A stretch of DNA of 64,000 nucleotides from a virus, in IMG/VR virus record IMGVR_UViG_3300035695_000002, positions 32,001-96,000 of that record; one strand, 5' to 3'. Shown here piece by piece: positions 47,701 to 56,400 of the stretch. Under the pieces are notes generated by a model. The model had not been told where the DNA came from, searched no databases, and worked only from the letters and a program-made list of their open reading frames with translations. Each line of letters starts with the position of its first letter. The first letter of the stretch is position 1. A program made the translations under genes and the position numbers.

Positions 47701-50700
47701 AAAGTCTTTAGTGTTAGTAGGAAGTTCATCTATATTCTGAGCCAAATCTGCTATATAGGCAGAGTTTAATTCAGTCTCATCTCTCTCTGCTTCTAATGCT
47801 GATATTTCTTCTTTTATTTGATCTTGAAGTCTAGAAAGCTTCATAGCAGCTTCTAAAGCTCTTCTACTAGAAGCTTTAAATCTGTTCTTTTTAGTAAATT
47901 GACTATCTTTTATTTTATCTTGTAAAGCAGATAAATCTTTTGTAATATTCTCTAATTGAGCCTGTTTCTCAGAAATAAGCTCTTTTGTTTTTTCATGTCT
48001 CTTGCTTACTTCATCAAATAGTTCTGTAAGAATCTTAAGTCTGCCTGTTCTTTTTTCAGTAATTCTATTATCTTGTTCTGTAGAAAATTCATCTAAAGAT
48101 TTTTGTTGAGCAGGAGAAAGCTCCCCCACCTTACTTATCATAGGAAGAGAATATCCTTTTTTAGGGACAAATTGATCACCTGTTACTTCAATGGACTTTA
48201 TTCTACCTTTAGCATCTTTATATACAAAATTAAGGGTTTTATCTTTAGAGGAGTATTCCAGTCTACCCTTCTGTTTCTTCCCCTTACCAAAGTTGAATTC
48301 AAATATGGAGTTTATATTATCCATATAGAACTTAGCCTTCTTGTTATTTACAGTATCACTTACCTTACCAAGTTTATAGTCTTCTAATACAGCCTTGGAT
48401 ACATTTTTAACATTACCTTTCCCATCACTAACTTTTATAGTACCGTCTTCATTTTCTCCAAGTATAGTAATACGAGGGAACCTATATACCTCTTTCCCAG
48501 ATTTATCATATTCTACAGTTTTACCCAAGAAATATTCTTCTCCAACAATTACCTCTTCCTCACCATCTTTGGTTTTAACTAATATTTTCTCTGGTTCTAC
48601 CCCTGGAGTTGCAGTAGGAATCTGAACATCTTTATATGATTCTGGAGTTTTCTTAATATCATTATAGTCTTTAAGAAAAGACTGTCTCCTTAAAGCTAAT
48701 TCTGATATATCATCTAAATCTCTTACAAGTTCTTCTTTCTCATCATCGTTTATATCAAAAGATTCTATTTGAGAAAGGGCTTCATTGTATTTTTCAGACC
48801 TACCTTTTGCTACATCATTAATAACATCAGAGGTTACAACACCTTTTAAAGCTAAAGAATTAGCTATTTGAGGAATACGCTTATCATAATCAGCCACTTT
48901 AGAGGCAGCATACACCATCTTATCTATCACCTCTGGAGAATAGACAGGTTTTCCATCCTTTACAAGATTACCATATCTTATTTGAAGAGATTCATAAAGC
49001 CCTTTTACATGTTTAGCTACTTCTTCTAAATTAGAAAGTCTTTGTAAATATGCCAATCTGGAGTCCCCCTGTAGCACTTTACCATCTGCTTGTAATTGAG
49101 AAAATCCTTCATTTGTAGAAGCTAGATGTTTATATTCATTTATATCACTTTGAACTAAATCAAATCTACCATACTTTATCCTAGGAGATAGATAGTTGAT
49201 AATATAGTCTTGTTCCTTGTCTTTAGCTTCAAGAACATCACCTCTTCTTAAAGAAGCTTCTCTTTCTTCTTGAAGAACAGTACCTCTATTAACAGCATCT
49301 ACTGTAGCTTTGGTAAAATCAGAAAGGTTATATCCATTGAATTTAGCAATAGCGTCTGCTGTATTTGCTTTTATTTGTCTATTCTCTTGGAACTTCCCTC
49401 TACCTAACATAAGAGCACCAGAGAGTCCTCCTATAAGAACATTCTCCATTCCCTCATTAGTACCAATAGTTTGTTTAGCTCCTTGAAATAAGGATTCTAA
49501 CCAATCAGTGGACTTATTATCATACTTCTTATTGTAATAATCGTTAGTTCCTTGGGAAATAGCATATTGAGCACCTTCTTCAAATCCTTCAGATGTGGAG
49601 AAAGTGTATGGTCTGATACCATTTATAGAGGATAGTATTCTACCTGTTCTAGTGGAAGCTTCTTGTTTAATGAACTTACCTGTAGCATCTTTAGTAATAT
49701 CTCCTATTTCCTTAGTGGTGGTGGAAGCAATTAAGCTTCTCTCTGCTTTATCAGAAGATCCTAGGATTTTAGGGAATTGTATATAATTTGTAGCTGTTAA
49801 AAGAGCTGTGTTTAATAAAAAAGAACTGTTTCCTACACCATCAGAAGCAGCGTTTATAGCATCTAAATCTGAACCTATAGGTCCCCATCCATCATGGGAG
49901 TCTTTATATTCTTGAATTTTTGTATTCCTGAAATCATTAAGATTGTAATAGGCTTCAAATCCGGCTTCCCCTGTTGTAGCCAATCCAGCTACTAATACTC
50001 TTTGTCCTTTGTTAAGAGTATTATATGTACCAAGGAACTTGTTGGACAAACTCTCTACTTTTCCATAAGTTTCAGCGGCCTTATCAGCAGCCATTAAGGC
50101 TTCTTCTGTAGCAGCTAATGTTTCACCAGCCTTTCCTACAGAGAACAATTTAGCCATTCCTGGGAGAGCTGATAGAGATTTTAATCCAGAAGCATATACA
50201 CCTCCTGAAAGGTAGGCTCCTGCTGCAAATCCCATATTCTTAATAATACCATCCCATAAGAAATTAGCTGTTAAAAGCTTTTTAGGAGAATACCAATTAG
50301 CATTCTTTTCTCCGTCTGTATAGTAATTAGGAAGAGTGTTTTCTAAGTTTTTATTGAATTCGTCTAAGGCTCTATTGAACTCATTATCATAAAATGAGGC
50401 TGCTCTACCATCCGTTAGAGCTTTTCCTAGCCCTATAACAGTACCTGCTGTAGATTGAAGGAATGTAGTTCCTGTTAAAGAAAGACCTTTCCCTACAGCA
50501 TTTACCATTTTAGAAGGCCATCCCTGACCTAAAGCATAAGCATCTTCATTATTATAGTCTCCAGGTACATATTGATCGAATCTATTAGAGGATACTTCTT
50601 TAAGACTTCTAGGAATAGAACCACCTGTAATCTTTCCATCTCCACCACTAGAAATAGAAAATAACTTATTCTCCAATGCACTTAGTGCAGAGGGTGTAGG

Positions 50701-50838
50701 ATTTCCTCCTTCACTTGGAAGCAAAGAAGTATCAAATCCTTTATAAGGAAGATTTGGGAGATTTACGTCTGTAGGAGGAGAATATGTCTGAGAAGCATCT
50801 TGTAATGCTTGTTCATTCAATAATGGTGTATCAGTCAT
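38746..50838 (-). CDS. virion-packaged DNA-dependent RNA polymerase (crAss-like), 4030 aa
   Basis: Catalytic 'GSDFDIDKL' (DFDID at 41299-41313), 'YRIPTQ', 'ETDGGG', 'KP', 'GSQ..KL' and 'GK..IGI.A', plus a Gly/Ala-rich N-terminal region. Confidence 0.9.
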   Translation of the reverse strand: MTDTPLLNEQALQDASQTYSPPTDVNLPNLPYKGFDTSLLPSEGGNPTPSALSALENKLFSISSGGDGKITGGSIPRSLKEVSSNRFDQYVPGDYNNEDAYALGQGWPSKMVNAVGKGLSLTGTTFLQSTAGTVIGLGKALTDGRAASFYDNEFNRALDEFNKNLENTLPNYYTDGEKNANWYSPKKLLTANFLWDGIIKNMGFAAGAYLSGGVYASGLKSLSALPGMAKLFSVGKAGETLAATEEALMAADKAAETYGKVESLSNKFLGTYNTLNKGQRVLVAGLATTGEAGFEAYYNLNDFRNTKIQEYKDSHDGWGPIGSDLDAINAASDGVGNSSFLLNTALLTATNYIQFPKILGSSDKAERSLIASTTTKEIGDITKDATGKFIKQEASTRTGRILSSINGIRPYTFSTSEGFEEGAQYAISQGTNDYYNKKYDNKSTDWLESLFQGAKQTIGTNEGMENVLIGGLSGALMLGRGKFQENRQIKANTADAIAKFNGYNLSDFTKATVDAVNRGTVLQEEREASLRRGDVLEAKDKEQDYIINYLSPRIKYGRFDLVQSDINEYKHLASTNEGFSQLQADGKVLQGDSRLAYLQRLSNLEEVAKHVKGLYESLQIRYGNLVKDGKPVYSPEVIDKMVYAASKVADYDKRIPQIANSLALKGVVTSDVINDVAKGRSEKYNEALSQIESFDINDDEKEELVRDLDDISELALRRQSFLKDYNDIKKTPESYKDVQIPTATPGVEPEKILVKTKDGEEEVIVGEEYFLGKTVEYDKSGKEVYRFPRITILGENEDGTIKVSDGKGNVKNVSKAVLEDYKLGKVSDTVNNKKAKFYMDNINSIFEFNFGKGKKQKGRLEYSSKDKTLNFVYKDAKGRIKSIEVTGDQFVPKKGYSLPMISKVGELSPAQQKSLDEFSTEQDNRITEKRTGRLKILTELFDEVSKRHEKTKELISEKQAQLENITKDLSALQDKIKDSQFTKKNRFKASSRRALEAAMKLSRLQDQIKEEISALEAERDETELNSAYIADLAQNIDELPTNTKDFLEELKEQRNNLESLILETGKEINTLSKLVDGVKGALDSAVAYLRDIISDFKTLYPKAPLAIGQEWVDFLKSNPNFLKKNPDYKDMLSKVEELVSQVEDLDITPNERTLNELVTELKGLQTKLSDAEKELKAKDLILAKFQEVADKFIRQKEEEEKIKNSKKLQKEILGSADPGVQTVNSESSYEPKPKKTDVAVVTSTKPAGSSTLPHHIRSNKFGANLDSFPNRQKIKGVLLTSKNEEELGLKGLTNFLKGDSDADASKIIALVMVENGVPVGEDGKKLEFPSFDNIIVQVMPDPKLEWSKEFGGGTMFRKDTTPEQIEYYKMRYAEWVKNALEKPSLNEHPVSASFGIPEYVTNLDEKGNNKRDYTAKTSVEEAGLIKSSDLSEKPVIFIPTTDTTVEKGSVSFTSPLGRPFLNLPNGYVKLDNRKLTKNEVNTIYEAIHQLAIDIFNNQDAQSEQSKRLMNWLKSIIYWGSPKNAAGFNSVWFSTINGEFSLSISGKDKTYPFTPSSIEGSKEEIISLLEGMYNNINSGLTDKPELWNTPYEEITSISREGVIEAKSWPNYQTYLLSKEGRKSSELPLSTNMKPVGEGAVNRHGIYFTLTDSADNYENAPKKAVVAPSAKKEVSQKGYILDGKTVNTYTSPEGKNINFKATSEGKITILTGGDVEEIRKSLTEKYDKDVAKASIEGKIKQAIAPQITEEKAPKKSIFNKSTETPSPERKPAIITTSPIEEKMEWSIDDLDGEEVALRVKLEEPLKYFEPENWEEMQKWLKANFPNLPVYRVKNVIQATNGQQAWGMLKNGAIYISKDAELGTIYHEVFEAVWKMFSDPQEQANVIKEFKDREGSFVDRPTGKTVNYSEATDFQIKEQLAEEFRDYVLNKKSPPKAKNTHFIIKLFRDLVDFIKSFFTGNTAVSNTDKLFDKIGRGYYKQFIPHEQQLSFAKEGFIDVEQAYTDNFSEFRIKNIPADKVNDIMQHMTYLTLTDLIKDNKSLFSIPDIHKKELYDRLKTRFTKIAEQSGEWDELVKKHQEYLKTYSIEFDENDDLVLKDEDASKKGDYQEATKIDVFKKANSAVKLLLSTIPIVDSKNHLVRSSIGGVRLLPSSQVFMAIMNNVHTSRSIDEMMDRIKEMSEDDNNYKTLYNRLTKNTSDLSEISEVHDGQLLAAFWRTFKKQSPDVKNVYIFDNGDVEVGDSNLSSAARQVSADYGNSIIKTVKSKNPYFEYSNKEKAYIGKPSGVKSVSLSTDQNRINFLKSLGIEFKTSELSKLSADKKQSFIEAVAGIKKSIQEAEKIATVSRKVLNIKGRLMQLSLIRASIDNPEFDSTFFNVKGERTQTFIGTNPTSDLFDVLSQINNKNELVNTPYEYLLTDSFAQGSVILDKIFNPVTGNRIKGGEQLMHPGYADGTVNTSNGKKKQSAKLTYKERLVQEINLNSKGYYYNLVPGDASMEWMTYMGNHISSDSLLSGMSKVHDIFKGYFLSELELSREDRPVAKKRDSEDLRFLKSILGEELQKSILKEKLSTEEVYAKYQSQINKAVDAFIKQETVNLRELLSKYDIIKKDSEGIKVQNLSFSDGEVITEPVLNRQLSAITINYIVNNIEFHKLLYSDPYQYSDELKRIKNALSPRQAIINNSPNFNKALNKIWNKGYDKGDVGYTDMTRDYFRTVTSEDVVSTSDLKDYGNFEETDGGGIISHKAYRWFRIKAGEWNDDEEKQYRYDIAYEKDIKGIDLSKEERTLLDGINPEVKSAYTPIKPIVFGNKLNGKPYNDVVLDKFALYPLSFRIVHSLNPESNAIKHYNKMQKENIDYTVFASGRKVGSEGLNPIYNEDGTFNESPYEALVNVSHGIISIQSEVPSKDEPLVTRGSQITKLVTMDYMEAGVPVDFSKGANFTQRLNEWNKLSETQKLAKSELYKEIKNNQHLLEAIIDNGYNSLLTKMGIEQTKDGDFIIKDFDKVSDTLRDEVLKREVNDNIVDAFEGFKNGDVVLEATPAYQQIRNILYSIADRNVISPKISGGQKVQIPSTLLESVKAKKEKGAYTSDFLRFYKDEDGKRTCEIMVGRWFNSPLSDSELLNYLNKTKEGQSLLSGVAYRIPTQKQNSIDSFVIKQFLPKEFGDSVVIPSELVRKVGSDFDIDKLFIYFKNTYTSLKGNIKQIPFYGYGEAAKAKLGELYDQGEFLKKEDRNRVNNWIKTRALDERQDVVNKLATAIFGQGAFDQEVIDDFLEANSDENLKERIVNQIYKKSLENEYIQSLQNLISHPDNFENLVKPNSADQLKALAKDITKKLGFAEFTYDDPKNMLNRHFMSRLRQAFVSGKYAIGIAAVNQTNHSLNQRQPIYIDQERWGLVSEEDKFWLSGGTFKKEDVAIKFKNYNKIDVNDKSVPTLSMIKNAKGENISDIIGQFIDGYVDISKGPWIMELGASPNVASTWLFLVKLGVPIKDVAYFMNQPIIRDYLDSIENAGYVWLFIEDFVEDIKDSPKYKVAPSEFNKIKEIPSNLGETVGKEKLSPQEKAQQQFILNEFLKYAKMANHQFLVTQGANWDTANFNDPYLVFKKNEQFKKAQSTIISSVNDLVKGSFIGKLSEKIYDVRDAFSTILTSDKPNVREVIEDVLRPYVDMNDRDFVKLAQKAVNDLFDWAVQNDRKLNNQIQKILLSDDNTAKEVSDFVTKVRKDENHPLYNNQIVKLVTPHFSEKNEGVNNLKIKNKDNKVYDQNQMIYAFSELRQYLKVQDSPLYGSLVRLAVLQSGLSNSPISFTSLLPYEDFKNIYNKTLSILEEYPNLADFKVLDVFQRNNWNNDDLVPQRKAKWKQNKNGEWKYNNNMKFIGYKRVSAAIAKKEIPQLVKINTKSREAENDVIVYTWETGTKAEKDKLKKQGDYSYIKRGLFKKVKQYGTPYTIDFSIGDTLISDYVYKAINAWGDSHSSDGVYFSANEFYNVAKPSIIDNGFIKVEKEASDESILSYFESPTKEVVEDEDDSNSNLPNCS

Positions 50839-53387
50839 TAAAAAGGTTTTTTGGAAGCAAGTTTAACTTGTTTTAAATCATTCTCTGTAGAAGGAGTTTC
50901 ATTCAATAGTTCATATATTGCACTGTCATTAAGTCCTATTAGGGCATCATATAGTGCTTTTTCACTTATCATCTTTGAAGGATAGGATATATTTTCATGC
51001 CATACTTTCTGTGTAGGATCAAATATACTAAGTTTAATTTGATATAAATCTCCAGCAGGTTGTATGATGTTGGCTTTTACGCCATAAGTTCCTACATTAG
51101 GAAAATCTACACTTGATAGAAAACTGTTATTGTGAGTTGATTCTCCAGGTGATAGAGCTGTACTATATCCTCCCATCTTTCTTATTTGCTCTTGATAAGG
51201 TCTAATAGCTTGTACTCTAGGATCAGCTTCAAATCTTTGACCAAACATTGATAGTTTGTGTTCTGGAGTGATAAGAGCTTTAGTTACCAAATCTTTATCC
51301 CCCACCTTTCCACTAGCTGTTAATTCATACATTGCTGGTTGAAATTCACTACCTTCTACAACATTCAATCTGTATTGTGTGTTAGGAGAAGAGGATAATT
51401 TTCTAGCAACATCAACATCAAAATCAGGAGATCCTGGAAGTTTACCATTTGTCTTTTCTGCTAAATTAGCCAATCCTGCAAGATTACCCCCCATTGATCT
51501 AATTTGAGCTTCGTTCTCTGTAGGAACTGTATATTCCATCCCTTGAGGAGATGTTATTCTATTCTTTAATTCTTCTTGAGAGAGGTCATTTATTTTTCCT
51601 ATCATCTCTCTATTTGGATTATTTACTATTTGATTATAATGTTGAACATTATTTAATAATATTTTATTAGCTTCATTTAAAGGTTTTTTACTAGCTTGTA
51701 CTTCTAATAAATGATATTCTTTAGGGGAAAGTTCTTGTTTAGCTTTGTTAAAATCAAAAGCTACTCCTCCAGTATTTAAAGAAGATATATATTTAGACAA
51801 ATTATTATTATAATTAACAAAATCTTTAGGAGAATAAATATACTGATTCACACCATCATTATACTGTATATCTGGAGCATTCTTAGGAATAAGTTTATTA
51901 ATATATTCTGAAGGATCTCCTATTCCTAAAGCCTTTCCTGCTTCTTTTTGAGTACTTATTAACATGGCTTTATTAGCCTCTGTTATTCTTCTAAGAGGTT
52001 CTGTGGAAGCTAAATGATAAGCTACTTCACTTTCCACACCATTAGGACTTCTAGTCCAAGCTTCTCTTTGCTGATTAAGCCATTCTTCATTTTTACCCTT
52101 TTTACCAAGGAAACCATTATCTAAGGAAGATAAGGAATTTGCATATTCCTGTGTTTTATCTACTACAGAAGCTATATTTACTTTTGGAAGATTTTCCTGA
52201 TTTGAAGGTTGAGGAAGCCCTCCATATCCACTATCTAATTTTAGTTTAGATGCTTGAATATCTACTTCTCTCTTTCTTAATTCATATGTTTTTTGAAATT
52301 TATCCCAGTCTCTTGCTTGTTCTTCTCTCCATTGTTGAGCTTTAGCAAAAGGATTGGTTTCATATGTATTAGAGGTTTCTGTGTAAGAGAAGGCTTTTGA
52401 GAAGTTATTAAGGAAATTGCTTGTATGTAATTGAGCTTTAACACCTTCTATATTTCCATGAGCTAAAGCATCGTCCATTTGCTTCTGTTCTCCTGATATA
52501 CCTCCTAATACTTTCTCCAAAGAAGCAATCTGTTCATCCAGCTTGCTCTTTTGTAACACAGAAGTTGTGGAGCTTTTAGCATTCTCCAGTATTCTCTTTT
52601 GTTCATTATAGAAATCCACCTTTGTTCTATAGGAAGATTTGAGATTTTGAGAGAATTGTTCTGGTGAAACATTAGAATAAGTATATCTACCATCTATCTC
52701 CATTTGCTTAAAATCAGCAGGGGAAAGGGTAGCCATTAGAGCTTGTTGTATTTTCCCTGGATCTATACCAGCTAGTTTCTTCCTTACAATAGCATCAGCT
52801 ATTACAAGATTCCCTTTAGAGTCTAATGTGAAAGCGTCATCTGTAATAGATTCATCCTTTGTAAGAGCTTTAATGGTATCTAAAGCATTTTTTTTATAAT
52901 TGGTATATGGGTTATATCCCCCAGAGAAGCCCGATTTTATATCCTTGTTATTAAGCCAATTTGAGGCTTGAGTTTGAAAATCCCATTCATTAGAAGGAGA
53001 AGACTTCCCTTCCTTTTTAGCAGATTCCATGTCTGCTAACCCTTTCCTATACTTCATTGTAGAGGCTACAGCATTCTGTATATTAGGATCTTTAACTATT
53101 TGCTTAGTCATTCCTCCTACAGAATTTACTAATTGAAAATTAGAGAAATCTCCAGCAGCCACCTTTTTAAGATTGCTTCCTAGCTCATTTAACCTAGATT
53201 GAAGATATTGTTTATCCACATCCCTCACTACATCCAATCCAGCAATATCGTCAACTTGGGATTGGATTTTCTGTACACCCTCATTGTATTGTTGCTGCTT
53301 GTACATACCCACCTCCTTCATTGCATTTACAGGCAATTGAGCTACATAAGGAGTATATGGTAATAATTGATCGGTGAACGAAGCCAT
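50838..53387 (-). CDS. virion cargo (ejection) protein
   Basis: 849-aa helical protein starting 'PY..QLP......G..KQQQY..G..KIQ', with a TAATG overlap to the RNAP gene. Confidence 0.65.
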   Translation of the reverse strand: MASFTDQLLPYTPYVAQLPVNAMKEVGMYKQQQYNEGVQKIQSQVDDIAGLDVVRDVDKQYLQSRLNELGSNLKKVAAGDFSNFQLVNSVGGMTKQIVKDPNIQNAVASTMKYRKGLADMESAKKEGKSSPSNEWDFQTQASNWLNNKDIKSGFSGGYNPYTNYKKNALDTIKALTKDESITDDAFTLDSKGNLVIADAIVRKKLAGIDPGKIQQALMATLSPADFKQMEIDGRYTYSNVSPEQFSQNLKSSYRTKVDFYNEQKRILENAKSSTTSVLQKSKLDEQIASLEKVLGGISGEQKQMDDALAHGNIEGVKAQLHTSNFLNNFSKAFSYTETSNTYETNPFAKAQQWREEQARDWDKFQKTYELRKREVDIQASKLKLDSGYGGLPQPSNQENLPKVNIASVVDKTQEYANSLSSLDNGFLGKKGKNEEWLNQQREAWTRSPNGVESEVAYHLASTEPLRRITEANKAMLISTQKEAGKALGIGDPSEYINKLIPKNAPDIQYNDGVNQYIYSPKDFVNYNNNLSKYISSLNTGGVAFDFNKAKQELSPKEYHLLEVQASKKPLNEANKILLNNVQHYNQIVNNPNREMIGKINDLSQEELKNRITSPQGMEYTVPTENEAQIRSMGGNLAGLANLAEKTNGKLPGSPDFDVDVARKLSSSPNTQYRLNVVEGSEFQPAMYELTASGKVGDKDLVTKALITPEHKLSMFGQRFEADPRVQAIRPYQEQIRKMGGYSTALSPGESTHNNSFLSSVDFPNVGTYGVKANIIQPAGDLYQIKLSIFDPTQKVWHENISYPSKMISEKALYDALIGLNDSAIYELLNETPSTENDLKQVKLASKKPF

Positions 53388-53392
53388 GAGTG

Positions 53393-53424
53393 CAAATTTA
53401 ACTTAAGAAATTATTATATCCAAA
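53393..53424 (-). promoter_or_regulatory. Bacteroidota -33/-7 promoter
   Basis: Minus-strand TTTG-N20-TAAATTTG ending 5 nt before the ATG. Confidence 0.75.
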
Positions 53425-53464
53425 TTGGATAACGAATATTATTAATCTTGTATAACTAGAATGA

Positions 53465-56400
53465 TTATTTAAGAGCCTTTACTAGATAGCCATTTTTAGC
53501 CTTATTTTTCTTCTTTTGATCTATAAGGCTTTGTAATTGGTCAACAGATAAGTCCTTTCCTACCTCAGGAATATTGAATTGTGCCAATCCATTGAGATTA
53601 TAAGCTCTTCCTTGATCGTCATATCTATATCCATAAAGGTTCTCGTATACACCTAATGTTCTATTTTCAAGCTTATTTTGCTGTATTTTAGAAGCAATAG
53701 AAGAAAGAGCCATTTGAGCAGTTGCTTTAGTATTACTCTTAGCTTGAGCTTGTCTTACATATTGTTGGTCTAATAAAGCCAAGTTCTTCAAACTAGCATC
53801 ATTTACAGTATCTCTGTTCTTAGAGTATATTCCAGCCTTGTTAGCCTGATTAGCCCTAAATTGTGCTCCTAGGACATTTGAATTTGCAGCATATTTCTGA
53901 CCAGCTAATATTGATTGAGCTGCTGGATTGTAAGCTGTTTGTCTCTGGAGGGCATTAAAGTCACTTTGATTAGCATTCAATTGGTCCTGAAAGGATATAT
54001 CATAAGGTTGATCTAATAGAGGGCTGTATTTTTGAGCATTTACAGGATCTAATGTATTATTACTTAAAGCATAGTATTCCCCTGCTAATTGATTAGGATC
54101 TAAACCTATTTGATTTGTGGGTCTGAAATAAGGCCACAATGAGTTAAAAGCATCTCCTGCATTAAATCCTTTAAATTTGAAATCTTTTGCAGTTTTTGAA
54201 GATGGGTTATTTTCTAATTGTACTTTTGAGGAACCAGAAGGACCGATTTCATCCATAGTAAATGGGTGATATGCTGGAGCAGAATCCATATTAGGAGCTA
54301 CTTCTCCACCTTTTATTCCTACATATTTTTCTGAACCAGATGGTTTAGCTAATTCCATTAGCTGCTTTCCCCAAGGAGAGTCTATTACCTTACCTTTATT
54401 TTTAGAATATTTTTCTTTAAACCACTCATTATAATTTTTACTTCCTTTAGTAGAAACTTGATTATAAAAAGCTTTCTTTAGAACATTAGGATTTTCTGTA
54501 GGTATATGTCCTGTTTTTATATATTCATCTTTTTGTTCAGGTGTAATATATTCTGATATTTTATTCTTATAGTCACCAAATATATTAAGTAAATTCAAGT
54601 CTGCTGCCGCAGAATTAGATTTACCAGTATCTCCACTTTGCGCATACCTCATATTTGCACCATTTTTGGCCTTTTTAATCTTTCCTTTAGCTAAAGCATC
54701 ACTATCTAAGTTATGCTCATGGGCTGTTTCTAGAATGGCATTTTGAACATTCCCTGCTGCTTGTTTTTGTTCTGCTAATAATTTCAGTTTCATATTTCCT
54801 CCTTCTAAAAGAGCTTTCCCAGAGGCTATTTTAAGTTGATCGAAGGCATCCCTATCATCGGTGTCATTGATAAGTTTAAGTCCTTTATTCACCACCTTAT
54901 TTTGCTTTTCTTCTCTTTCGCTCAATTTAGCTATATAATTCTTGAATTTCATACCTTTAGCATCTTTATCTCCTATTTCATTCACCCCATAAGAAGGAAT
55001 TTTCATATTCCCAAATACCACCAAATTGTCTTCCCCTGTACCACCATCTTGTAATTTGACAGCAGGTTCCCCTCCTTCTACCTCCACAGGTTGTTTACCA
55101 AAAGAAATAGGCATACCTCCATCAGCATGAGATTTCCCCCTGAACATTACAGTTTCCCCATTATCTGGTAGATAGGGATTTGAAGATATAGATTCAGCAT
55201 GACCTCCTCCATGTACCTTCAATTCTCCTCCCATAGCCATTGTATTCTGTCTGATATTTCCCCCTGTTCTTAGGGAATGAAGACCTTCATGAGCTACATC
55301 ATACACTTCTTTGGCTGTATAGTCACCAAATTTAGTAATCACCTGAGGATTCCAATTATGAGATAGGAAACCACCATTTTCCATAAATGAAGAATTCTGA
55401 GTTTGCATATTTCTAACCCCTTGCTGTAGTCCTATTTTATTAAGATTTACATTACTTAAATCATTAAATCTATTGATTCTCTTCCCATTCTTATCTATTG
55501 CTCCTCCAGCTATAGCTCCTACAGCAGTACCTACAAGTCCTCCTACAGGTCCAAAGAAGGAACCAACAGCCCCTCCTAATGTAGATCCTATTTGACTTCC
55601 TGCATTACCTGCTGCTTGAAGACGACCGCTTCCTATAGAAGCTCCTATAGCTTGTCCATATTGATTAACTTGTCCTTGTACATAAGAATTAGCAGCAGAT
55701 TGAGCTATTCCACTAGCAATAGCCCCCCATTGAGCTTTTTTACCACCATTTTTGAACTGTTTCTTTTTACCACTTTCATTCAATGGTTCATATCCCAAAT
55801 CATCATAGAGTGTATGAGGAGCATATGTATTCTGGATTTCTCCTATTACAGATACTCCATTTTTTCCAGATAGATAGTTTGTTCCTACACCTGTAGAAGG
55901 GAACATTTGATCTGGTTGTATAACCATATCTTCTGGTCTCACATATTTACGTTTAACTGCTTCCGGTCTAGTTTCTGAAGCTTTAGCAGCTAAACTAGAA
56001 AGTTGGAAATTTTGCTCTGCTGCTTGCTTTTGTTTCTTTTCAGCTTTCAACATCTTCAATCCTCTCACTACACCTCCTATAACACTGACCCCATTAATTA
56101 TATTTCCAGCAACAGTTTTCTTAGGTAGAGAATAATCTGTTTGATCTAAGTTAAGTTGAGGAGCTTGATAATTTCCATAGCTACCTTGAGATTGAGGTTG
56201 TTGTCCTAGATTTAAAGGTTGATAAGCCATTCCTTGAGGAGGGCCAAAATTAGGAGCTGTTGTATTATATTGAGAAAGATCAAGAGTTTGATAACCGTTT
56301 TGACCATAAGGGACTGTTCCTCCGTCTTTGTGAAAACCATGATGTTTTTTCATGGTTTTAGCAAATGCTTTTCTTCTTGGAGTGCAAGTAGATTTTGTCA

